DNA of 64,000 nt, taken from Monocercomonoides exilis PA203 (lineage: Eukaryota; Protista; Preaxostyla). The stretch lies in assembly GCA_001643675.2 (NCBI GenBank), contig LSRY02000077.1, forward strand, positions 1 through 64,000, read 5' to 3'. The translations under genes were made by a program, and so were the position numbers. Within the stretch, counting starts at the first letter, position 1; every line of letters starts with the position of its first letter. This document shows positions 55,229 through 64,000 of this stretch, in pieces. The notes under the pieces are model-generated. The model was not told the DNA's origin. It ran no database searches and saw only the letters and a list, made by a program, of their open reading frames with translations.

Positions 55229-56383
55229 TTTACATATTCCTAAAGATTCATCTGCCATTTTTTATTTTTCCTTTCCATTTTGTTTGTGTTTTTTTGCTAA
55301 GTTTAATGCTGTATTGACAAATTACTTTTTAAGAGTATGTTCAGAATTTTATAGAAAAGTTTGAATGAGTGAAAATTTTTTTTTGATCTTTCATTACCAT
55401 TTTTGTTTCATCGGTAAAAGTTATGGAGAATGATTCAACAAGTTTTCGAATAATTTTCTGAACTTTCTTTTTCATTGCATACTTTTTTTATGTTATATGT
55501 GAGCTTTTCTCACGATTTGGAACTTTTTTTCTGCTTGATAATTTTTTGACTCGCAAAAGGAAAATTTATACAAAAGTTAAATTGAAAATTTATAAGTAAT
55601 GAATCATTTATTTACTTGAAAAGTGATAATTTTTTGTTTGATTTTTGTTTTTGCATTTTCAATCACTTTATTTCAAGATAAATTATCGAATGAATTTTAT
55701 TTTTTGTTTTTTGAATAATTTTTTTAAAAATTGGATCTCACAAAATTAACGTAAAAGTTGATTTTTTTCACCACAGCAATGGACTTTCTGAATCATAAAA
55801 CAAATAGAAAAACAAACATTCACTTTACACAATCCATCATGATTTCATTCAAAATAACTTGAATTGCAACTGCTATTCAACATTTGTGTGAAACTTGTAT
55901 TTCTTTCAAGAGAATCATTTTCGTTTCAGAGCATTTCAAATATCTTTTAAGTTCGTTGCTTCAAATCCTGATGCAACATAAATATTTTATCTGTCCACAG
56001 CATCATCTATACACTTTCAAAACATCTGATTAATAATTTTCTATAAAAATATTCTTCAACTTCCTTTCAATTGAAGAACCATCAAAAAAAGCACTGCTAA
56101 TTTTCTATGCAAAGAATGAAATAAACAACAATGTTTAGAAAATTTTGTCATTTTAGTTCAATGTTTGATTCTTTTTTTGTGGACGTTTCAGAAAAATAGT
56201 GTTCATAAAAGAGGAAATACGTTTTTCCAATCATTCGAAATTCGAACAAATGAAGTATTCAAAATCTGTGAAGTGGAATTGCAAACATCGAAGTGATTTG
56301 AAAAATAAATAAATTAATAAATAAAATGCATCATCAATAAACAATGCTATCTTCTAAATGCTAATGAAAAACATAAAATAAGT

Positions 56384-57670
56384 CTATAGTTTCAAACAAC
56401 AATGCAATCCGGTGAAGAAATCTTCATACCCATCTTCTTCCATCTTTTCATACACTTTTCTTTTCATCTCTATTCGTTTTACCTCCTCTTCTTTTCCTTT
56501 CATTTTGATATTCAATCTTTCGGCAAGTTCTTCAAAAAACGATAGATACATTGGAAACAAATATTGTTCAACATTTGATTGAATAAACACCTTCAAAACG
56601 CTTTCAACAGTTCAAATTTCAAGCAAAACGCCAATTCCCACTGAACTGTTTTTCACTGCACTAATTTATAATTCCATGCACATCTTGCTAATTTCTGTAT
56701 GATCTCCATTAACTGACCGAAGCACCCAAGAAACGCTTTTGATAAGCCCTTCAAATTCTTCATTCCACAATTTGCATCTGAGGAAATAAATCGCGAATAC
56801 TTCAAGCCAACTCATCAATGAAAGCTCTTCTCTCGCTTCCTTTCCTCTTTCCTCTCCCTTTTTTTTGTCCCAATCCACATTCCTTGTCAGCTCTTCCAAT
56901 TCCCTTGCTGCTTCTCTCGCTCAATGCAACTCATTCACAATAACTTCTTCCAAGCTATTGTCAACCAAAATCGATAAATCAAGAACTCCCATGCAGACTG
57001 ATACGCAAGCCGTGTCATAGTTCGATGCTCCTGATGATATTCAATGATTTTTTTTGATCTCATTCAAATATAATTCTTGTGCAAAATACTAATGAAAAAT
57101 GAGAAAAACATAAAAAATAAAATAAAAGTCAGTAAATAAAACGATATGCGCAAAAATTTTTCATACTTCATATCTCCCAATGCTATTCAAAGCTAATAAT
57201 GCCATTTCCACTTCTTTTCGAGTCTCTTCGCTTTCCTCTTTCTTCGAGGCAGCTTTCAGAAGGCAAGATACGCAAATTGAAAGTAATTCAGATGAGAGGT
57301 CATAATCAAGAGTTAGATAGCATTCGCAAACATCAACAAGAAGCTTTTCGTTCTTTTCTTCTTTTTTCTTATCTTCTTCAATCATGATCTTCTCAAATCT
57401 TTAGCTCAACGAAGAATAATTAAATGCGAAATTGATAACGTTATTAAGTACTTTGCAACATCCCGCAAACTTCAATAAATAAATAGCATTTTCAAAATTC
57501 AATTTCTTGCTTTCAATAATTCTATTTATTTTATCGAACAGTTCCTTTGTGAAAACTGTTTGAAATTCCACATAATTCAATTTTTCTACAATTTCATTCA
57601 ACTCTTCGATTTTCTGCATTTGTTCATCTTTTCCTCATTCTTCCAGTTCATGAAACAATTCTTCAAAAGG
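56384..57670 (-). pseudogene. Pseudogene of the expanded helical protein family
   Basis: Homologous to 61760..63226 but with in-frame TAA (57401-57403, at a Lys position), TGA (56921-56923, at a Phe position) and frameshifts. Confidence 0.85.
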
Positions 57671-59205
57671 CATTCAAAAAATCAAATATTTTGTTCAGAA
57701 TGGTTCAAATCAAATAAATGAGCAAACTTGAAAACTGTTCTGTTCTGGCCGTAGCCTGAACTCCTTTTTCACATTTATCATCGTCCGATAAACTCATTCT
57801 GCTTGTTATAAAAAATCTTCAAAAATCGGGGCGATGCTTGGCAAATAACAAAATAAAAGATAAATGCAAATATAGTTGATAATCTTGCAGTCTTAAAATG
57901 ATCGCAACACAAACTGTACTTTTTTTGCTTTATAAAAAGAAGTGCAAAATAAAGTGCGAAGAAGCCGCAAGTATTGGTTGAATGAAAACAGAAAATGGAA
58001 ATCTTTTGTTTTTTTGATCTAACCAACAAAAAATTTTAGTGAAGAAAAAGTTTTCGATTTTCTTTTTTCGTTTTGCAAATTGAGTTTGTTTTTTATTGGT
58101 ATGAAATTGGGTATGCTTATTGCACAGAAATATGCATTTTTAGAAAAAAGAAAAAGAAAAGAAGCAATCAAATTTCATTCAAGAAATGTATTTTTCGACA
58201 ATTGACAAACAATATTCAGACTGAAAACAAGGAAAAAAGATGCTTGAATTCTCAATGAATTTTATTTGATATTTTTTCTTGTTTTTCAATTTTCGTTTTT
58301 CATTCAAGATGATTCATAGGATTATCGGGGAAAAAAAAGAATTGTCGATTCAATTCTAAAATCAGTCAAGCAGCAGAAGAACATGGAAAAATGGTTTCAT
58401 TAAGAAATGAACAAATTATGAAAATTCTTGAAGGTCATCTCCATCATCAAGGATGGCAGGACAAATGATTGGTGGAAAAGCAACAATGAATGAAAAAGAC
58501 ATTTTTATAAGTCATTCATCAAAAACCTAGAAGAAATGAATCAGAGAATTCAGCTGCTCAGCCAAAAGAATGAAGAGAGTGGAAAAGAATTCCAATTCAA
58601 TGTCCAAATATTTCCATTTGCACACACTTTTCTCTTCTTGGAGCAAACAAGATACTCTTTGCTGGACTTCAACTACCACCAAATCTTTTCCCAATGGCTG
58701 ATGAGAATGAATGCACATCCCTTTTTGAATGTCTCTTCAATCCTTCCATTTTTTCTCTTTGTCAAAAAGCAGCACAGTCATCAGAAAAAATACCTGTCTT
58801 TTCAGTCATTTCTCATCTAACATTCTTTGAATGTTTCATCTGCCGCATAACGTAATTAGTCTTGAACATTTTTGGTCTCTCTCTATTTTCTACTTGTGTG
58901 ATGGTGCTGACAATTATCTTATCATCACCCTCACCCCAACCATTCGCATCGATATCAGCTTTTTCAATCTGCGCCCTTCTGTTGGATATACAAATTAAAA
59001 GAAATTGCAAAACCTCTCAATGAATGATACGGACATTTGTGATAATTGAATGAAGGAATTACGTGCAACGTCTTTTTCCTCTTCTTCTTCTTCCTCTTCC
59101 TCTTTCTCTTCCCCTTCATCTTTTTCTTTCTCTTGATAGTGAAATCTTTTCCCTTTCTTTCTTTCTTCTTTGACAACTATTTCTTTTTCTTCATCTTTCC
59201 TTCTT

Positions 59206-59249
<44 letters not shown>

Positions 59250-59414
59250 TCTTTTTCATTCTCGTTCTCGTCTCGTTTTCGTCTCGTTCTCTTCTTTCTC
59301 CCTTCCCGTTTTCATTACTTGTCTGTATTTTTGCATAAGTTGGGGTGAAATACCGCTTGCAATTGATTCAATTCTATTCAGAATATGGAATTCCATTCAT
59401 CTTTGGACAAATGT

Positions 59415-59506
59415 GAAGAAGAAGAAGAAGAAGGTGAAGAAGAAGAAGAAGAAGAAGAAGAAGAAGAAGAAGAAGAAGAAGAAGAAGAAGAAGAAGAAGA
59501 AGAAGA
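59415..59506 (+). repeat. (GAA)n microsatellite
   Basis: Directly visible. Confidence 0.9.
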
Positions 59507-59861
59507 ATGAGAAGGGGAAGAATAAGTTAAATTAGAAGAAGCAGAAGAGGAGGAGGAAGAAGAAGGAAGAATTGAAGGTATTGAATGACGAATAAGTTGT
59601 TGAGAAGTTAATAATAAGAATGAGAAAAGGAAGAATGCGAAGATTCCATCATCATCTTTCACGAAAGGTTGGATTGTCTAATCGAAGAAAAGGATGATGA
59701 AGTTGTTACTAATGCAGATGTTGATGATGATTATGCTTTTTCATTTTCTTCATTTCCTTTTTTCCCATCTTTTCCATCCTTTCCTTTTTTCTTATCTTTT
59801 TCTTTATACCCCTTGCTCTCATTCTCACAGAGCACTGATGCTTTTAGGAGTTTTTTTTTTT

Positions 59862-59866
<5 letters not shown>

Positions 59867-59920
<54 letters not shown>
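59867..59920 (+). repeat. (GT)n microsatellite
   Basis: Directly visible. Confidence 0.95.
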
Positions 59921-59925
<5 letters not shown>

Positions 59926-61759
59926 TTGAAAAACCAAACTTCTTTTATCATTATCGTCAGTACCACTTTTTTGATACTTCTTTGTTTGCGAGTGAAATCG
60001 AACTTTTGTTTTCCTTCACAAATTCATCGACAAATCAGCAATTCCTTCTTTCTCTTCGTCTTCTTCTCCTTCTTTTCCTGCATTTCCTTCTCCCTTTTCA
60101 TCCACACTTCCCTCTTCTCCCTATTCTCTTTCTTTTCCTTCGCATCTGTCAGCATACTCTCCTCACTGAAGCGGTCTTTCCATTCAGTTTTATGTAACTT
60201 TTCTTCACCCAGAAGCTGTTCAACATCGACGGAATATCATCCAGTGTTATTCAATCGACTGAACTGTGCTGATTGAATGAAAGAAGGAAAGGCGGAAAAG
60301 ATTCCTTTAAAAGAAGATGACGCTAAAAAAAAAACACGGTAAAAAAGCAAATTGAGTGTGAATGCTTTCACAAGTGACTGCAAGTTTTCGTGGATGGAAC
60401 TGGTGATAATCTGTAGTTAGTATTAGTTTTAGAGTGAAGTTATAAATAAATTCCAAAAAAAAAGAAAGTTAAAATTAATAAATCTTAAAAGAAAAGGAAA
60501 AAAGAAAAAGAAAGAAGAAAAAGTGAAAACATGAAATTATCATTGCAAAAAAAAGTTAGATTTATTTAAATTTTTTTAAATTTCCTTCTTTCTTATTTAA
60601 GTGAAAAAATGCAAAATTGTTTCATAAATTGTATGACACACCTTTATTTAATCAAACATTTCTATTGTAGTCTGTTCCGTCTTTTTGATTCGTTTCTTCT
60701 TCTTCCATGTGGCTTCAAGGTTTGCCTCGAAATCCACACAGAAATCGGTGAATCAACAATAATCATCAAAACAACCCAAAATGATGTATTTTCCAAAAAA
60801 CTTAACAAGCGTCTTTACCGATAAATACACATCAGCGGTAACACCATTGAACGATTAATATGTTGAAATGAATTCAAAATTCAGCATGTGCTTGGTTCCG
60901 CATATTATTTCAATCTCCCTTCGCCATCTCGACTTTGTTCATCTTCTCTCAGCCTCAAAACCTTTTGGAATAAAATCTCTTTCAATGATCAATAAACGAT
61001 GCTGTACATTGTTGCCTTGATAAATTCTCTTATGCGTTCAATTATAACGCGCTCAATCATCAAAAAACTGCGAATTGATGAAAGCTTCATTCCCTCCATC
61101 ATTTTTCATTCAGCTTGAACAACCCTCTCAAGTCACGAACAAATAACAAAATCATCCTGATGTCTCAAAACTTTTCCCAACACATTAAATTTGAAACATT
61201 CCCGGAAACAAGCAAACACTCTGAAATAACAGAAAAAATCATTTCTGACAAGGAAAGCTTCCAGAAAACTCTAAATGTGAGGGGAATAAGTGTAATATTA
61301 ATGTGTTTTAATTTAAAGGAGCTCTGAAGTGAGTGCACGATTAATGAGCAAACTGTTTCTTTTCTCTCTCTTTTTTTGAAAAGTTCAAAAAAGCACCAAA
61401 TTTCCCCTTCTTTGTTTCACTCAGAATGTTAAAATAGATATTTTTTTAAATACTCAATTCCAGACATGTGGGATATTTTCCGATATGTTCAACTATTCAT
61501 CGAAATTCAATCCATTTCCATGAAATGAATTATTGTTGGTTCGATCAGAAAGAAATTAAACTCTTTCGTATTTGGCTAAATACGACCATCATTTCAGCTT
61601 CTTTGTGATTTCTTTTTTAACAGAGATTTTTTTTTACTTATCAAAGGAATTGAGTGTGGCCTTTATCTTTGTTTTGTCATCAATCATCAATGTTGTTTTT
61701 GTTTTTTGTTTTTCAGTTGAATTTTTTTAGAAATTTGATCTTTGTTAATCATAGACAAA

Positions 61760-63226
61760 ATGGAAGTGTACGATGAAGATAAATCCAATGATGATATTCA
61801 GGGGCCATCACTTGCAGAGACATTTTCAAGTTTGTTTATTATTCTATTTTTTGAGTGTCCAGCGCTTTCCATCAAAATAAATTATTTGAAGAATTGTTTT
61901 CTGAATTGGAAGACTGCGATGAAGATGAACAAAGAAAGAAAATTGATAAAATGAACGGACTTGTGGAGGAAATGAATAAAGAAGAATTTGACTCTATTTT
62001 CACAGAAGAATTATTCAAAAAAATAGGCAGAATGCTTATGGAAAAGAAAATATCAATGGAGAATGCGGTTTTGTTAACGAAACACATTGGATGCTGCAAA
62101 GTGCTGAAAGGGATTTGGATCAGGAGTTTTAAAGAATCTTCGCTGAATAAAAGATTTGAGAACATGATTATTGAAGAAGAAAAGAAAAAAGAAGAGAAGA
62201 ATGAAAAGCTTCTTGTTGATCTTTGTGAATGCTATATTTTATTGAGCATAGAGGTTTCTTCAGAATTACTTTCAATTTGCGTATCTTGTCTTCTGAAAGT
62301 TGCGATGAACAAGGAGGAAAGCGAAGAAGCACAAAAAGAAGTGGAAATTGCTTTACTAGCTTTGAATAATACAGGATTAATTGTGTGAGTTGTTCGATTT
62401 CATTTTTGAAGTTATTTATTTGTTTTTCTTGTATTTTTATTAGAGAATTGAACAAAAACTGTATTTGAAGGAAATCAAAGAAATCATCAAATATCATCAA
62501 GAACACAGAAATCTGACACGACTTGCCTATCAATCAGCTTGGATGTTTTTGATCGACAGACTTTTGGTTGACAATAGCTTGGAAGATACAATTTTGAATG
62601 AGATGCATTTTATCAGAGAAGCTGTTAGAGAGCTAGAAGAGTTGACAAGACGAGTTGATTGGAAGAAGAAAGGAGAGGAAATGAGCAAAGAAGAATCGAA
62701 TGAAGTGCTGGTAATCAGGAGATGGATCCATACAATTGATAGTTTCTTATTATGGTGCGAATTGTGGATCGAAAAACTTTATGGGATTATGGGCACCATT
62801 GTTCAGGTATTTCGAGAATCAAAGGACAATCAAAGAGAAATTCACCAAGAATGCATTTATTCATTGAGAAAAGCATCTATGATCGTTGTTGTTGAAATTG
62901 AAGAATTGTTCAAAGGAGGAGCTGTTGAGACTGTAATGGAGGAAATGAATCAATCAACTTTGGATGATGATATTATGTGGGATTTTTTTCATTTCTTTTT
63001 GAATATTTCAAGAAGACTGATAGAAGAGGATGACGATGACGATGATGATGATGGTGAAAAGGAAGAAGCAAAAAGAAAGGCAACGAAAATGGAGATATTC
63101 GAAAAGCTGGAAGAAGAAGGATACGAAGATGTTATCACCAGCTTTTTTGAAACATTAAAGTTTCTAAAAGAGAAGTATGATGAAGATTTATCGTTGAACA
63201 TTTCGGATTATTCTGTAAATGTATAA
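61760..63226 (+). CDS. Expanded helical hypothetical-protein family member, 3 exons
   Basis: Introns 61830-61891 and 62383-62443 give ...ETFSKLFSELEDC... and ...GLIRIEQKLYLKEIK.... Motifs KEEKNEKLLVDLCECY, EVEIALLAL, HRNLTRLAYQSAW and KLEEEGYED are present. Confidence 0.88.
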
Positions 63227-64000
63227 ATTCAAAGCGCTTTTTCTATCTCAAACTTTTCGGAAATTGCATTTGTTCAGTCAGAAAAAGAAAGGAAACCGAA
63301 GAAGAAGTGGAGGAGGATGAAGAGGAGGAAATGTAAGAAGAGAGAGAAAGAGAGAGAGAAAGAGAAAAGAAGGAAGAGGAAAGAAATATTGATGAAGCGT
63401 CAGAAGAAGAAGAAAGAGGAGGAGGAGGAGAGAAAGAAGAAGATATTTCAAAGCATTCCAAAAAAGGCATATCAAAACATTCAACTTCGGAGAAAAGAGT
63501 AAGACAAATGAATAAACCTCATCATCATCATCGGCATCGGAGAAATAATTCTGCTATTCCTTCCTCTTCCTCTTCCTCTTCCTCTTCCTCTTCCTCTTCT
63601 TCTTCTTTCAACGAATCGCAATCTTCGACGAATTCTAAGCATTCTCCGCCAAACTCTCGATATTTCTCATCTGATCTGTCTAATGGCTCTTCCTCACAAA
63701 CACACCCCACACCACAACGTAACACACCTTCTATTTGTATTTCAACTGATTCTTCTTCTTCTTTTTCTTCCGCTTCTTCTTCTTCTTCTTTTTCTTTTTC
63801 TTTTTCTTTTTCTTTTTCTTCTTCTTCTTCTTCTTCTTTTTCTTCTTCTTCTTCTTCTTCTCCTTCTCCTTCTTCTTTTTCTTCTTTATCATCGACTTTA
63901 TCATTTTCTCCATTGTCAATAGCATCATCTTCCACTTCGACTTTTAAAGCACAACTGAAATATACACCAAAATCTGTCATATTAACTGCACTTTACACAA

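Noticed and set aside
56384-57670. In-frame stops as evidence of an alternative genetic code (TAR=Gln occurs in some oxymonads)
   Set aside because: The stops replace Lys and Phe, include TGA and come with frameshifts. Long intact genes contain no in-frame TAA/TAG and end in TAA, TAG or TGA.
63243-64000. Glu-rich minus-strand ORF 63528..63980 and neighbouring ORFs
   Set aside because: Low-complexity (TCT)n-derived sequence at the window edge; no supportable gene model.

Overview
Eukaryotic protist DNA, most likely an oxymonad such as Monocercomonoides (inferred from AT-rich intergenic DNA, short GT-AG introns, Ser/Glu microsatellite-derived coding tracts and the EVEMALLAL / NLTRLAYQSAW gene family). 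The standard genetic code fits throughout. Positions 1-11.1 kb hold a complete DIRS1-type tyrosine-recombinase retrotransposon (6523-11091: gag, RT-RNaseH-methyltransferase pol, overlapping YR ORF, ITRs and an ICR that reconstructs the circle junction). Its 5' part plus host flank is duplicated in inverted orientation, giving a ~9.7 kb palindrome that may be real or an assembly fold-back. The host genes are three paralogs of an expanded unknown family (one predicted N-myristoylated, one pseudogene), a truncated STI1/HOP-like TPR protein, an R3H + G-patch (SQS1-like) protein, tRNA-Cys(GCA), a ~2,880-aa leucyl-tRNA-synthetase homolog, a Ser/Gln-rich protein head-to-head with a NOPCHAP1-like gene, a NAK (AAK1-like) kinase with a GC-AG intron, and a ~3,870-aa beta-helix-like type I surface protein. 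A MITE-like relic lies at 41.7 kb. The best candidate for new biology is the LeuRS homolog, whose HIGH, KMSKS and editing-site residues are all replaced while the gene stays intact. Next is the non-canonical catalytic signature of the DIRS recombinase. Exon models were built by hand and reference motifs are recalled from memory, not from database searches.
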